Assembly: GCA_963718615.1 (NCBI GenBank)
Contig: OY970368.1
Location: forward strand, 4,640,001 to 4,704,000
From: an uncultured cyanobacterium
GTDB lineage: Bacteria > Cyanobacteriota > Cyanobacteriia > PCC-9006 > JAAUQQ01
Reading direction: 5' to 3'
DNA: 64,000 nt
Positions 48,842 to 60,721 of the stretch are shown here, one piece after another. Both the position numbers and the translations under genes were made by a program. Every line of letters begins with the position of its first letter. Position 1 is the stretch's first letter. A model generated the notes under the pieces. The model ran no database searches, was not told where the DNA came from, and saw nothing but the letters and a program-made list of their open reading frames with translations.

Positions 48842-50305
48842 ATGCAACCCGAAGCCACCCTCAATCAGCTCAAAGCGGCATTACCGAGCGGACAATTTCC
48901 CGCGAGTTTTGGGGTGTATTTCAAAAATACGCTGGTGGCGTTGTGTCACGCCCTAGAAGACCATATTTTGCAAACTAGCGCAGGGCTGCCCGAGGCCCAA
49001 AAACCCCTGGTGCTCGTAACCTTTCAGCAGGGGAAGTGGTACCTACAAGAGGCAGAGCGGTATTTTGAGGTGGCCCAGTGCTCCCAGGAGGTGGCGATCG
49101 CCGCTGTCCCCGCCAGTGGCTTTGCGGAACACCCTACCAGTCAGTTAGAGAATGTCTCGCTGTTCAACCTATCCTCGGACGATCGCCTGACCGAAGAATG
49201 GAATCTGGTGATCCTCGCACCAGGCTATGCGGCGATGGTACTCTGCCATGAACTGGACCCCAGCGAATATCGCGGTGAAAGTCGGCCCACGGTGGATATT
49301 GAACGCAAGTTTTACGGCCTGTGGACCTTTGAGCGAGATCTGGTCGAAAAGTCGGCGGCGATTTTAATCAATCGCTGCGAGCGCTACGATCCAGCCTTGG
49401 CGGAACGGCTCCGCCACTGCCAGACCACCGTGGCTGCCGACCGAGATTCGCCCCCCATTGACCTGAGCGGCGTCGTCTCTCGGATTGTGAACTATCTCCA
49501 AAGCAGTCAGCAGCAGTTGGTCACGGTGGGTCGTCAAACCCGTGAACTGTGGGAACTAGAAGGTCAGGCCCTGCGACTCAATCGCAACCTCACGGCCAAC
49601 AAACTTCAGGCCTTTTTGCGCATGGCTCAGAAGGTGGATGAGCGAGATACCTGCAATGCCATCGCTTCGCTCCAAGTTGCGGCCCTGGCCGAAACCCTCG
49701 GGCAAATGCTCGATCTGCCGACGTTGCAGTTGCGGCGGCTGCGCTTGGCGGGATTGCTCTTTCGGGTGGGCTTGGCGGAGGCTCCCCAGGAGCTGTTTCA
49801 AAAAACCTGGGAAGAATTGGATACGTCGAGTGAAGTGTTTTGGCGCGATCGCGCCCTCCTCAGTGCCCAGCTCCTTGCCTCTATGCCCGAACTCAAACCC
49901 ATGGCGGAAATTGTCCAGCATCAGCTAGAGCGCTGGAATGGCAGCGGTAAGCCGGATGGCTTGAAAGGAGATGCCATTCCCCTGGAATCGCGGATTTTGG
50001 GATTGGTGGCTTATTTTCAGGAACTCACGGAATGTCGAGGCAGCCGCGCTCCGCTGAGTTTGGGTGATGCGCTCCAATGTTGCCTAGAACGCAGCGAGGT
50101 TTGGTTTGATCCAGCCTTAGTAGAAATGCTGGGTAATCTGGTGCGGCTGACGGAAATGGGCTTGATGCAACTCCCCGATCGCCCCAGTCAACAACCTGCC
50201 GTTTGGCTAGAGGAGGCTACCAGCGGGACCAAGCTAGACGTTAGGCCAGAAAATGGCCCAGAGCACAGTGCTGAGAAAGCGGATCGGTTAGAACGAGGCA
50301 AATAA
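48842..50305 (+). CDS. DICT sensory domain plus HD-GYP-like domain protein
   Basis: YFKNTLVALCHALED, FQQGKWYLQEAERY; ERWNGSGKPDGLKGDAIPLESRIL. Confidence 0.85.
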   Translation: MQPEATLNQLKAALPSGQFPASFGVYFKNTLVALCHALEDHILQTSAGLPEAQKPLVLVTFQQGKWYLQEAERYFEVAQCSQEVAIAAVPASGFAEHPTSQLENVSLFNLSSDDRLTEEWNLVILAPGYAAMVLCHELDPSEYRGESRPTVDIERKFYGLWTFERDLVEKSAAILINRCERYDPALAERLRHCQTTVAADRDSPPIDLSGVVSRIVNYLQSSQQQLVTVGRQTRELWELEGQALRLNRNLTANKLQAFLRMAQKVDERDTCNAIASLQVAALAETLGQMLDLPTLQLRRLRLAGLLFRVGLAEAPQELFQKTWEELDTSSEVFWRDRALLSAQLLASMPELKPMAEIVQHQLERWNGSGKPDGLKGDAIPLESRILGLVAYFQELTECRGSRAPLSLGDALQCCLERSEVWFDPALVEMLGNLVRLTEMGLMQLPDRPSQQPAVWLEEATSGTKLDVRPENGPEHSAEKADRLERGK

Positions 50306-50307
50306 CC

Positions 50308-50904
50308 ATGGATAGTTCAACGGATCTGGCAGCCATTCGCCAGGGAAAAGTCGAAGCACTCACCCAAGCCAACCTGGCGGGAGCCGATTTGCAAGGCGTC
50401 GTTTTGAAAGGTGTGGATTTGTCCCAGGCTAATCTGAAGGGGGCCAATTTGCAGGGCGCAAATTTGCAAGGGGCGATCCTGCGTGCGGTTCTGCGCGGAG
50501 CCGACCTCACCGGAGCTAATCTCCAAAACGCGGATTTTCGCAACGGCGATTTGCGGGGGGTGATCTTGGCGGATGCAGATTGTAAACAGGTGAGTTTTGC
50601 GGGAGCGTTTCTGGCAGGGGCTATTCTCAGCGGTCTAGATCTCTCAACTGTGGATTTGCGGGGTGTGGATTTGCGAGGGGCAACGCTGATGGGCACTAAT
50701 CTTTCCCAGGCAGATCTTTCCTATGCCAATCTCTCGGGTGCGGATCTATCCCAGGCCGATTTGGAGGAGGCCAATCTGGAAGGCGCTATTTTGCGAGGTG
50801 CAAATTTAGAGCGGGCCAATTTATTTTGTGCAAGGCTCGATGGGGCAATCTTGGAAGGGGCGCTTTTGGCGGACACCTGTGTGGCGGGAACGGTTTTGGC
50901 TTAA
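50308..50904 (+). CDS. Pentapeptide repeat protein
   Basis: A(D/N)LxG repeats throughout. Confidence 0.95.
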   Translation: MDSSTDLAAIRQGKVEALTQANLAGADLQGVVLKGVDLSQANLKGANLQGANLQGAILRAVLRGADLTGANLQNADFRNGDLRGVILADADCKQVSFAGAFLAGAILSGLDLSTVDLRGVDLRGATLMGTNLSQADLSYANLSGADLSQADLEEANLEGAILRGANLERANLFCARLDGAILEGALLADTCVAGTVLA

Positions 50905-50942
50905 GGCTTAGCGGTCGAGATTAGAGGGTTAACGGCTTTGCC

Positions 50943-51800
50943 TCAGACGGAGGGGAATTGATCTTGGAGATCCTGGAGCGATCGCGTCAAATCCGCCGTC
51001 AATTGCTTCGACCCTTCCTTCGTGGATAACGCCCCATAGGCTTGAGTTTGCAGCGGGTCACCAATCTTGATTTTGACCGACGTTCCCCAAGGAACATTGG
51101 GTTTATCGTAATAGAGCCCGATGGGAACAATCGTTACATTTCCAGGTTTGTCCTGTTCTGATTGACACGGCTCAGCTTTTCTCTGCTCGGACTTTCCCGG
51201 CTCGGACTTTCCTTTCGATGCTTGCAGTGCCATGCGAGCCAAACCCACCTTGAGCGGATGGATCTGACCGTCCTTAAAAATATTCCCCTCAGGAAAAACC
51301 ACCATGGCTCGAGCCGATTGCAGGAGATTAACGCCACAGCGAATGCTTTCTAAACTGGGATGGCGAGTATCGACGGGAAAGCAGCCCATGCGACGAATGA
51401 TCCAGCCCTGCAACCCCTTGATTTCATCAACGGTCACCATAAAATGCAGGTCCCGTCCGGTGGCAAAGCGCCCGCCAATATAAGGCACCATAAACGCATC
51501 CCAGCGAGAGCGGTGCATCGGCGCAAAAATCACCGCACCGTTTTGGGGCACCTTCTCCCAGCCCTCCACTTCAATGGTCTTGAAATACAGCGGCAGAAGC
51601 AGAAATTGCCCAACGTAATAGATCAGCCAAGATAACCAAGGTGAAATATAGGGCGTCAGGGGCCGAGAACGGTTCATAGGAGAAACCTGAGGCAGATCGG
51701 GCGCTTCAACGGTCATCGACGAGGAGGGGCGAAGGGGTGTGATGGGGAGAGATGAAGGAACCACAGCAATGAGTGGGGATTCATGGATTGTACACATCAT
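50943..51800 (-). CDS. Lysophospholipid acyltransferase family protein
   Basis: HRSRWD and VFPEG motifs; start uncertain. Confidence 0.88.
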   Translation of the reverse strand: MMCTIHESPLIAVVPSSLPITPLRPSSSMTVEAPDLPQVSPMNRSRPLTPYISPWLSWLIYYVGQFLLLPLYFKTIEVEGWEKVPQNGAVIFAPMHRSRWDAFMVPYIGGRFATGRDLHFMVTVDEIKGLQGWIIRRMGCFPVDTRHPSLESIRCGVNLLQSARAMVVFPEGNIFKDGQIHPLKVGLARMALQASKGKSEPGKSEQRKAEPCQSEQDKPGNVTIVPIGLYYDKPNVPWGTSVKIKIGDPLQTQAYGALSTKEGSKQLTADLTRSLQDLQDQFPSV

Positions 51801-51857
51801 CGATACTGTAGGGTGCTTCTCGGCGATCGCCTCGCTCCGGCGGGACAGTTCTTACAT

Positions 51858-51905
51858 TGTCAGTTCAGGACCGTCAGTTCAGGACCGTCAGTTCAGGACT
51901 GTCAG
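51858..51905. repeat. 14-bp tandem repeat
   Basis: GTCAGTTCAGGACC, about 3 copies. Confidence 0.8.
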
Positions 51906-52586
51906 CTAACGACCTAAACGATGCAGCGCATTAATCGCCTCGGCACAGGTTTGGGTGGTCGCGTCTAGCAAGGCCCGCTGGGTGGAAGCGGGGGGAGCAA
52001 TGGCTGGACCTACCCGTATGGTGATAGGCACGGCTTGGGGTCGGACTTTGCCTTTTTCCGTAATGGCTTGAGTTCCCCAAAGACAGACCGGGATGAGGGG
52101 GACTTGCATTTTGGCGGCGATCCAGGCCGCACCCGCTTTAGGGTCCTGGACCAGACCATCCGCTGTGCGGGTGCCATCGAGAAATAGCCCAGCGCCCCAC
52201 CCCTGTTCGAGGAAAGACATGGCTGCTTTGAGGGCTTGGCGATCGCCCGTGCCTCGCCGCACTGGATAGGCTCCATAGAGCTGAATCCCCTGTTTTAAGA
52301 TCGGCACGTTGAACAGTTCTTCCTTCGCCATAAAGGCCACCGGGCGTCCCAAGCTGCTTGCCAGCAGGGGCGGATCAAAATCGCTGGCATGGTTGCTCAC
52401 AGCAATGAATGGACCCTGCTTAGGCACGTTTTCTAGACCTTCGATCCGCCCCCGGAAATAGAAATAAAACATGGGCGTAATCACAGACCATTTAAACAAA
52501 CGGTAGAGTGCTAAGGAGACAAGGGGCTCTCGCTGACGATAGGACTGAGGGGTAGGCAAGGTCTTGGACGAAGCGGGCGTGGCCAT
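51906..52586 (-). CDS. plsC: 1-acyl-sn-glycerol-3-phosphate acyltransferase
   Basis: NHASDFD, FMAKEELF, FLDGTRT. Confidence 0.88.
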   Translation of the reverse strand: MATPASSKTLPTPQSYRQREPLVSLALYRLFKWSVITPMFYFYFRGRIEGLENVPKQGPFIAVSNHASDFDPPLLASSLGRPVAFMAKEELFNVPILKQGIQLYGAYPVRRGTGDRQALKAAMSFLEQGWGAGLFLDGTRTADGLVQDPKAGAAWIAAKMQVPLIPVCLWGTQAITEKGKVRPQAVPITIRVGPAIAPPASTQRALLDATTQTCAEAINALHRLGR

Positions 52587-52941
52587 GGTGGGATTCTAAA
52601 AGGGCTACAAAGCAACGGCATGAGCATTTTATAGTGAGAGTGTTGCAGTTCGATATTCATGCATCCACCAAGGCCAATCCGTCAGGTTACTTTTGATGAT
52701 CTCAACTTTAACGCTTTAGTATTTTGTCGCCTAAATCAATAGGGATGAGATAGACATCACTACGGGATTCGTTCGTCTTTGCTCAAGACGATTTCAATTC
52801 AGGAGAAATATAGTTTTGCAGATAGAAAAGCATTACCCTTGGGTAACCTGAGGAAGACTAACCCCCGACTCTAGAACGGTTACGAAACGAAGGTGCCTCA
52901 AAGCAAATCAACATCATGGGTTTGGAAATCTTTAGTTAGCC

Positions 52942-55900
52942 ATGCAAGAATCGAGCGGCTCAAATTCTGTAGCTTCAGCAAATGTTTCGGTCCAAACCCT
53001 CCATGAACCGATTTTCTACCTTCAGTTTTTGCGCCAATTGACGCAAAAACTCCATCAAAGTCAGGACTTGACTCGCACCTTTCATCAGCTACTCCAAAAC
53101 ATCGGTGAGGTTTTGCAAGTTGACCACTGTAGTCTGGCCTGGGTGCCTGATCCGGCGGCGGCAGAAGCTCGAATTCTAGCGGATTATAGCAGTGAATCCT
53201 GGCGATCTTTGCAGCATTGGGCGGTTCCACTTTCGGCCCATCCGCTGCTTCAGCAAACCCTCATGCTTCAGGGCAAAACCGTTGCCCTCAGTGAGGTACA
53301 AAATCCTAGTCTTTTAGAATCGGTACGTCCATTGGTGGGGGCAATGCAGCTGCAAGCTTGCCTGATGGTTCCGGCATTGTATCGGAGTCGTGCCCAGGGT
53401 TTCTTGATGTTGCAACAGTGCGATCGCCCTCATTGTTGGAGTCCAGACGAAATTGAGTTTATGGAAGCGATCGCGATGCAGTTTGCGATCGCCCTTTGCC
53501 ATCTGCGGGTGTTGCAGACAGAACAAACTCAGCAAATGCTAGAGCAATGCCAAGCGGCGACTCCCCTACCTCCCCAAGCATCGCAGTCTACCTCAGACAA
53601 TCCTCAAGCGCTGAGTAACGCTGAGCTTGCGGAGATACAGCTCAATCAATCGCTGCGGGAATTAGGGAAGTTTCGCTATGCCCTCGATCAAGCGGCGATC
53701 GTCGCCATGACCGATGCTCAGGGGGTAATTACGTCGGTTAATCCGCTATTTTGCCAAGTCTCCCAGTACAGCGCGGCTGAGTTGATTGGCCAAACCCACC
53801 GTCTGGTTAATTCGGGATACCATACACCCGATTTTTTTCGATTGCTTTGGTCGACGATTTGTCAAGGCCAGGTTTGGCGAGGAGAAATCTGTAATCGAGC
53901 CAAGGATGGCAGTCTTTATTGGGTTGATACCACGATTGTTCCCTTTTTAGATGCGCAGCAGCAAGTCACTCAATACTTAACGATTCGATATGACATTACG
54001 AATCGCAAACAAGCGGAAAAAGATTTGCAGCAACGATTTCAGCAGTCGATTCTTTTACGTCAAATTACCCGAGAAATTCGGCAAAGTTTAGAGACATCAG
54101 AAATCTTTCAAATCGCGGTCTGTAAAGTTCGACAGATTTTACAGGCAGATCGGGTGGGTGTTTATCGGTTCGACGAAAATTCCCAACATACAGAAGGATC
54201 CTTTGTTGCTGAAGATGTGGTTGCAGATTTTTGCTCGGCCCTAGCGGTTAAGGTGCGCGATCGCTGTTTCGGTAATGAATATACAACGGCCTATCATCAG
54301 GGAAGGATCTTAGCTATTGAGGATATTTATGCCGCTGGCTTGAGTGACTGTCATTTGTCAGTTTTATCCCAATTTCAAGTGAAAGCGACCTTGGTTTTGC
54401 CCCTATTTCAGGGTGAACAACTTTGGGGCCTGTTCTGCATTCATCAATGTGCCGAGCCTCGAACTTGGCAGAATACAGAAATTGAGTTTTGTCTTGAGAT
54501 TGCTAACCAATTGGGTGTGGCGTTGCAGCAAACCAAATTCTTCAATCAGGCTCAGCAAAAATCAAAGAAACTACAACAGGCACTCACAGCGGTTCAAAAT
54601 CAGAAGCAACGATTGATGACAATCGCTGAGCAAGAGCGGACGCTCTACTATGTGATCCAGCGGTTGCGCCAAAGTCTGAATGTGGATGAGATTTTTGCAG
54701 TCACGACGCAGGAGATACAGCGAATTTTTCAGTGCGATCGCGTCGTTGCCTATCAGTTTGATGCGGATTGGGGAGGAAAGTTTGTGTTTGAAGCGGCCAA
54801 GCCGGATTTACAACCGCTAGCTCAGCTTTCCCAAGCGTCGACCTGGAACGATACCTATTTACAGGAAAATCAAGGTGGACGTTATCAGGACCATCAAATT
54901 TCAATGGTTTCTGACATTTACCAAACGCCCCACTCGGATTGTCATCTTGCAATTCTAGAATCATTTAAAATTCGTGCCTATGTGGTTGTTCCTGTTTTTG
55001 TGGGGGCTAAGCTTTGGGGTTTATTAGCTTGTTATCAAGAACAGGAGCCTCGACTTTGGTCCTTGCCAGAACGAACGCTGTTACGGCATGTCAGCGATCA
55101 ACTCGGCGTTGCGCTTAAACAGGCAAGTTTGGTCATTGAATTACAACAGGCCAAGGATCTGGCAGATGCCGCAAATCTTGCAAAAAGTACGTTTTTGGCC
55201 AATATGAGCCACGAGCTGCGAACCCCGCTAAATGCCATTCTGGGATTTAGTCAACTCCTTCATCGAGATTCAAGCTTAACGCCTCAACAGCGCTCTACGT
55301 TGGATACAATTAACCGTAGTGGAGCCCATTTACTCAATCTCATCAATGACATTTTGGAAATGTCTAAAATTGAAGCGGGATATGTCACGCTAAATCCTAG
55401 TAATTTAGATTTATACGCCTTGCTCAATTCCATTGAGGAAATGTTTCAGCTCAAGGCTAAGGCGAAACAACTACAATTACAATTCCAGCATCATTCAGAA
55501 ATCCCTCAATACATTCATACGGACGAGAGCAAGTTGCGACAGGTTTTAATTAATGTCGTGGGCAATGCCATTAAGTTTACGCAACTGGGTAGCGTAAACT
55601 TAGGGATTACGGCCCGAAGATTGCCGATGGAAAAGTTGCCGATAGAAAGATTGCTGATGGAAAGAAAAGATAGAATTTTAGATGAAACGGGTTGCCCCAT
55701 TGAACCGCAAACTCTCGAACTTCTATTTGAGGTTCAGGATACAGGGCCTGGGATTGCCGCCGCTGAATTGCCGACGCTGTTCGATGCCTTTACTCAAACG
55801 GAAACAGGACGCCAGACCCAGGAAGGCACCGGACTAGGCTTGCCCATTAGTCGTCGATTCGTGCAGCTCATGGGGGGGGAGATGCAGGTCCACAGCCAGG

Positions 55901-56637
55901 TGGGGCAAGGGACCTGCGTGCAGTTTTCGATTCAGACAACTCCGGCTTTGGCTGCAACAATTGCACCCCCTTGCGATCAGCGGGTTGTGGGTTTAGCGTC
56001 AGGCCAACCCGCCTATCGAATTTTGGTTGTTGAAGACCGCGCTGAAAATCGAGAGTTGCTGGTACGATTGTTAACGATGGTTGGCTTTGAGGTTGCCATG
56101 GCTGAAGAGGGTGAAGCCGCTGTCGCACAATGGCAAACTTGGTTTCCCCACTTGATCTGGATGGATCTCCAAATGCCGGTGATGGATGGTTATGTCGCGA
56201 CTCGTCGCATTCGGGACCTGGAAGCCCAGACCCCAGAGCGGCCTCGTACCTGCATCATTGCGCTTACGGCTAGTGCCTTTGAGGAAACGCGAACAATTAC
56301 GCTGGATCAAGGGTTTGATGATTTTGTGAGTAAGCCCTTCCAAGAATCGTTTTTGTTTAGCAAAATGGCCCAGTATTTGGGTGTGCACTATTGTTATGAA
56401 ACGGTTGAATCGTCCTCGGGCTTTCTATTGGTTTCAGAGGCCGATCTAAAAGCGCTAGACCAGGAGCAGGTGTGTGCGCAGCTTCAGCAAACCTCTGACC
56501 TTCTGGCGACTTCAAATCCTGGCTGCGGCGAGTACGTTGGACGAAGAAGCGATCGCCCAACACATCCAACAATTATCGCCGGACGTTCGTATGCTAGCCA
56601 CCCAACTACAAACGTGGCTGGAAACCCTGCGGTTTGA
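52942..56637 (+). CDS. Hybrid histidine kinase: GAF-PAS-CBCR GAF (DXCF)-CBCR GAF (red/green type)-HisKA-HATPase-REC; probable frameshift in the tail
   Basis: DRCF...DCH; WNDTYL...DCH; [10 protein letters not shown]; GTGLGL; LIWMD. Confidence 0.9.
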   Translation: MQESSGSNSVASANVSVQTLHEPIFYLQFLRQLTQKLHQSQDLTRTFHQLLQNIGEVLQVDHCSLAWVPDPAAAEARILADYSSESWRSLQHWAVPLSAHPLLQQTLMLQGKTVALSEVQNPSLLESVRPLVGAMQLQACLMVPALYRSRAQGFLMLQQCDRPHCWSPDEIEFMEAIAMQFAIALCHLRVLQTEQTQQMLEQCQAATPLPPQASQSTSDNPQALSNAELAEIQLNQSLRELGKFRYALDQAAIVAMTDAQGVITSVNPLFCQVSQYSAAELIGQTHRLVNSGYHTPDFFRLLWSTICQGQVWRGEICNRAKDGSLYWVDTTIVPFLDAQQQVTQYLTIRYDITNRKQAEKDLQQRFQQSILLRQITREIRQSLETSEIFQIAVCKVRQILQADRVGVYRFDENSQHTEGSFVAEDVVADFCSALAVKVRDRCFGNEYTTAYHQGRILAIEDIYAAGLSDCHLSVLSQFQVKATLVLPLFQGEQLWGLFCIHQCAEPRTWQNTEIEFCLEIANQLGVALQQTKFFNQAQQKSKKLQQALTAVQNQKQRLMTIAEQERTLYYVIQRLRQSLNVDEIFAVTTQEIQRIFQCDRVVAYQFDADWGGKFVFEAAKPDLQPLAQLSQASTWNDTYLQENQGGRYQDHQISMVSDIYQTPHSDCHLAILESFKIRAYVVVPVFVGAKLWGLLACYQEQEPRLWSLPERTLLRHVSDQLGVALKQASLVIELQQAKDLADAANLAKSTFLANMSHELRTPLNAILGFSQLLHRDSSLTPQQRSTLDTINRSGAHLLNLINDILEMSKIEAGYVTLNPSNLDLYALLNSIEEMFQLKAKAKQLQLQFQHHSEIPQYIHTDESKLRQVLINVVGNAIKFTQLGSVNLGITARRLPMEKLPIERLLMERKDRILDETGCPIEPQTLELLFEVQDTGPGIAAAELPTLFDAFTQTETGRQTQEGTGLGLPISRRFVQLMGGEMQVHSQVGQGTCVQFSIQTTPALAATIAPPCDQRVVGLASGQPAYRILVVEDRAENRELLVRLLTMVGFEVAMAEEGEAAVAQWQTWFPHLIWMDLQMPVMDGYVATRRIRDLEAQTPERPRTCIIALTASAFEETRTITLDQGFDDFVSKPFQESFLFSKMAQYLGVHYCYETVESSSGFLLVSEADLKALDQEQVCAQLQQTSDLLATSNPGCGEYVGRRSDRPTHPTIIAGRSYASHPTTNVAGNPAV

Positions 56638-56664
56638 CAAGATTGAAGCTTTAATTCAAGGAGA

Positions 56665-58539
56665 ATGTTAAGAATGGAGTACCCTCAGTTGAGCCAGTCC
56701 GATGCCAAAAAAGCTGAGATTTTGATCGTCGATGACAATCTTGACAATCTCAATTTACTATCTAATATTTTGACCCAGCAGCAATACCGGGTGAAACGAG
56801 CAGTCAATGGGGCGATCGCCCTCAAATCCTTGCAAAAACAGCTCCCCGATCTGATTTTATTGGATATTACAATGCCTGAGATCTCAGGCTATGAGGTTTG
56901 TGAACAACTCAAGCAGGATCCCAAAACGCGAGAGATCCCCATCATTTTCATTAGTGCTTTGAGTGATTCTATTGATAAGGTTAAAGCCTTTTCGGTGGGT
57001 GGCGTCGATTATGTAACCAAACCCTTTCAAATGGCGGAAGTCTTGGCTCGGGTCGAAACCCATCTGGCCTTACAAGCTGCGAAGCAGGCACTGAGCGAGA
57101 TCAATCAGCAATTAGAAGAACGGGTTGAGCAACGGACGGCGCAGCTCAATGCCATGAATCAGACGTTGCAGCAGGAGATTTTGCAACGCCAATTGGCCCA
57201 GGAGCAGCTCCTCCATCTGGCTTACCACGACTCCTTAACCCACCTGCCCAATCGGGCCTATTTGATGGAAGAACTGAACCGGGCACTGGGCCATGTTCGG
57301 TCGAATGCGAGCGATCGCTTTGCAGTGCTTTTTTTAGATTGTGATCATTTCAAAGTTATTAATGATTCCCTCGGTCATCTGATGGGAGACCAGCTTCTGA
57401 TTGCTGTTGCCCAACGTCTAGCCCATTGTCTACCAGAAAACTGTGTTTTGGCCCGATTGGGCGGCGATGAGTTTATGGTGTTGGTTAAAGCAATTCATGC
57501 CCTCGCAGAGGCTGAACAGGTTGCCCAAACGCTGCTCGCAGAAATCGCGCATCCTTTCTCCTTGGCCCATCAAGAACTGTTTATTAATGCCAGTCTTGGT
57601 CTTGTGATGGGAGATGCTAGCTATGAGCAACCGGAGGTTTTGCTGCGCGACGCTGACACTGCGATGTATCAAGCCAAGGCGGAAGGACGTTCCTGTTATC
57701 GAGTCTTTAATCAGGCGATGCATCAACAAGTTCTCAATCGCCTCAAAATTGAAAGCTATCTACGAACAGCCCTTAATCAGCCTGAACAGTTCTATTTAAT
57801 GTATCAACCGATTATTGAGTTGGCTACCGGTAGAGTGGCGGGATGTGAAGCTCTGGCGCGTTGGCATCATCCCCAAGCCGGTCTGATTTCTCCCGAACAC
57901 TTTATTCCTATTGCAGAAGATACGGGACTCATTATTCCCTTTGGATTACGGATTTTAGAAGCCGCCTGTCTACAGCTTAACCATTGGAAAGAACGGTGGG
58001 CGATTAAGCATCAAATTGAACAGTTTGCAACATCGGTAATTCCTTGGAAAATTAGTATTAATCTATCCGTCAAGCAATTTCTGCGTCCGGGCTGGATTGA
58101 GCAAATTGATCAACTCCTCGAACGATTTGAGTTAGATAGTCGATTTCTCAAGTTTGAAATTACTGAAACGGCACTGATGGAAGATGCTGACCAAGCGGCA
58201 GAGATACTAAAACAGCTCAAATTGCGTCAGATTCAGTTGGCGATCGATGATTTTGGTACAGGCTATTCTTCGCTGAGCTATCTCCATCGTTTCCCGGTGG
58301 ATACGCTCAAGATCGATCGTTCCTTTATCGCTTCATTTGCCTCCCACGATCGCCGCATTGTGCAAGCAGCGATTAACCTTGCCCATGATTTGAAGATGGA
58401 TGTTGTGGCTGAAGGGATTGAAACCGCCGCAGCGGTGGACTGTTTGAAGGCCCTCGGCTGTGACTATGGCCAGGGCTATTACTTTGCCAAGCCGCTGGAT
58501 GAGCAAGCCATGGGCCAGTTGCTGGGATTGAATGACTAG
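56665..58539 (+). CDS. REC-GGDEF-EAL response regulator
   Basis: ILIVDD...LLDITMP; RLGGDEF; EAL; DDFGTGYSSL. Confidence 0.95.
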   Translation: MLRMEYPQLSQSDAKKAEILIVDDNLDNLNLLSNILTQQQYRVKRAVNGAIALKSLQKQLPDLILLDITMPEISGYEVCEQLKQDPKTREIPIIFISALSDSIDKVKAFSVGGVDYVTKPFQMAEVLARVETHLALQAAKQALSEINQQLEERVEQRTAQLNAMNQTLQQEILQRQLAQEQLLHLAYHDSLTHLPNRAYLMEELNRALGHVRSNASDRFAVLFLDCDHFKVINDSLGHLMGDQLLIAVAQRLAHCLPENCVLARLGGDEFMVLVKAIHALAEAEQVAQTLLAEIAHPFSLAHQELFINASLGLVMGDASYEQPEVLLRDADTAMYQAKAEGRSCYRVFNQAMHQQVLNRLKIESYLRTALNQPEQFYLMYQPIIELATGRVAGCEALARWHHPQAGLISPEHFIPIAEDTGLIIPFGLRILEAACLQLNHWKERWAIKHQIEQFATSVIPWKISINLSVKQFLRPGWIEQIDQLLERFELDSRFLKFEITETALMEDADQAAEILKQLKLRQIQLAIDDFGTGYSSLSYLHRFPVDTLKIDRSFIASFASHDRRIVQAAINLAHDLKMDVVAEGIETAAAVDCLKALGCDYGQGYYFAKPLDEQAMGQLLGLND

Positions 58540-58603
58540 CGCAACTGACTAGCGCAACCCTCTACAATCTAGTAAAGATCTCTTGGCATTGATTGCCAGT
58601 TTC

Positions 58604-59836
58604 ATGCCGAAACCTTCTCCCTTAGCCCGCGCAACGCTTCTACTGGTCAGTACCCTGACCGTCATGGCGGGGGCGACAATCTCGCCTTGTTTGCCTGCGA
58701 TGCAGCTCCATTTTGCCGAGTTGTCTGGTGGGGAATCCGATCTCCATTTGGCGCTTTTGATTCGCTTGGTCTTGACGCTACCCGCGTTGTTGATTGTGAT
58801 AGCTTCTCCGATCGCAGGCTGGGCCGTCGATCGATGGGGACGAAAACCGCTGCTTTTGGGCGCAGCTTTGCTCTATGGGGTGGCAGGCAGTTCGGGCTTT
58901 TGGGTCGATACGTTGACGGCAGTTCTGGTGGGGCGCGCCTTTTTGGGGCTAGCGGTGGCCGGCGTGATGGTGAGTGCCACAACGCTAATTGCAGATTTCT
59001 ACCAGGGGGAAGCCAGAGCCCAGTTTATGGGATGGCAAGCGGCGTTTATGGGCTTGGGGGGCGTGGTCTTTTTGTCCTTGGGCGGCACGCTGGCCGATGT
59101 GAGCTGGCGGTTTCCCTTTTTGATTTATCTTGCCGCTTGGGGCATGGTGCCGCTGATTGGGTTGGTGTTGCAAGAGCCCGTACGTGAGGCGAAAGCAGGA
59201 CCTGGGAAACCGGAGGCGATCGCCCCAACGCCAACCCCAGCCCCAATCCCGATTCCCTGGCAACGCCTATCGTTGATCTATGGCCTGATGGTGCTCTGCC
59301 AGATGGTGTTCTATTTGATTCCGGTACAACTGCCGTTTTATTTGGCCCAGATCGGCAAGACCTCTGGCCAGCAGAGTGGTTTGGCGATCGCCTTTTGCAC
59401 CCTCTTCGCCTCGCTGGCCTCCTTTCTCTATGGTCAATTGCGCACCCGCTTGGACTTTGCCAGCATCATGCCGCTGATGTTTGCGCTGATGGGCTTGGGC
59501 TATTTTTTTATGGGTCGTGCCAGCAACTATGCCGGAATTTTGGCCGGATTGGCGATCGCTGGTCTGGGGTTGGGTCTAGTCCTCCCTAATTTGAACCTCT
59601 GGACGGCAACGGTTGTGCCCGATGCCATCCGAGGACGGGCGCTCGGCGGTTTAAGCACGGCCCTATTTCTGGGGCAGTTTTTGTCCCCGATTTTTGGCCA
59701 ACCGCTGACGCTCTATCTGGGGTTGGCCGGGATGTATAGCGGAGTCGGCATCGCCTTAATGGGATTGGCCCTCCTCCTAGCCGGACAGCGGTATTGGCTC
59801 AACCGTCAGGTTTTACGACTAAACCAACGGAAATAG
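58604..59836 (+). CDS. MFS transporter
   Basis: GWAVDRWGRK motif A; about 12 TM segments. Confidence 0.93.
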   Translation: MPKPSPLARATLLLVSTLTVMAGATISPCLPAMQLHFAELSGGESDLHLALLIRLVLTLPALLIVIASPIAGWAVDRWGRKPLLLGAALLYGVAGSSGFWVDTLTAVLVGRAFLGLAVAGVMVSATTLIADFYQGEARAQFMGWQAAFMGLGGVVFLSLGGTLADVSWRFPFLIYLAAWGMVPLIGLVLQEPVREAKAGPGKPEAIAPTPTPAPIPIPWQRLSLIYGLMVLCQMVFYLIPVQLPFYLAQIGKTSGQQSGLAIAFCTLFASLASFLYGQLRTRLDFASIMPLMFALMGLGYFFMGRASNYAGILAGLAIAGLGLGLVLPNLNLWTATVVPDAIRGRALGGLSTALFLGQFLSPIFGQPLTLYLGLAGMYSGVGIALMGLALLLAGQRYWLNRQVLRLNQRK

Positions 59837-60546
59837 GTTGAGACACTCAGTTCTTTCAGCGGAAACGTCACAAACGTCAGCGGATTAATCGTCACAATAA
59901 TATTCCGTCGTCCCCGCGCCGCCTGGGCCAAAATCTGTCGAGCTACCCAGTCCGCATCCATCACCCCCACGGGATTGAGCTCGCTCTTAAACGGCCCTAG
60001 AATCAGCTTGCGCACGGGACAGGGCGCATCTAACCGCCGCAGTGTCACCAGGTCGCCCAAGGTCCGCTTGCTGAGCTCGTAGAGCGGGCTAAAGGCCGGA
60101 TTGGACTCGGCTTCCGATGTATTCACCCAGACTTCTTTGGACGTTGCACGGGCGTGAGTCGGGTCAGCGGCATCCGGCACCGTGGTGAAAAACAGCTCCA
60201 GCAATCGCCAGCTCGACCAGGCATTGACCTCATAGGACTGGTGAATCGCCTCTGGGGTGCGATCGCCCCCCACATTCACCCCATGGTTGAGCAGCAAAAT
60301 ATCCACCTGGGCCAAAGGCTCCGCCAACGCCGCTTCCTTCCCCACCTGCCAGGTCACGGTTTCGATCGCCACAGGGCCGGTTGGCGTTGAGAGCTCTAGG
60401 GGATGCGATCGCGTTGTCAACGCCAGCACTGTCGCTCCAGCCTGATGCAAGCACAACAGCAACGCCTGCCCCAATCGCCCCGAGGCCCCCGTCACCGCCA
60501 CTCGCTTGCCCGCCCAGACATCCAGGCTTATTTTTTTGTTCACCAT
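59806..60546 (-). CDS. Short-chain dehydrogenase (cyanobacterial sterol desaturase/SDR-type C domain)
   Basis: VTGASGRLG, NHG, NTSEAE, YELSK. Confidence 0.85.
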   Translation of the reverse strand: MVNKKISLDVWAGKRVAVTGASGRLGQALLLCLHQAGATVLALTTRSHPLELSTPTGPVAIETVTWQVGKEAALAEPLAQVDILLLNHGVNVGGDRTPEAIHQSYEVNAWSSWRLLELFFTTVPDAADPTHARATSKEVWVNTSEAESNPAFSPLYELSKRTLGDLVTLRRLDAPCPVRKLILGPFKSELNPVGVMDADWVARQILAQAARGRRNIIVTINPLTFVTFPLKELSVSTYFRWFSRKT

Positions 60547-60721
60547 GAAAAATTTCTCCGCTTGAACGGGAATCTTAAGAAGAGGGTAATCTAAGGTCTG
60601 TCTTGAAACTGCCGTACCTCGATCGCATCTACGATCATCGGTGAACCGTCGCTCTCCGTTGAGATTGAGATTGATCCCAGAGATTCGGGCTATGTATATC
60701 TAGGAGGACCCCATTTTTACT

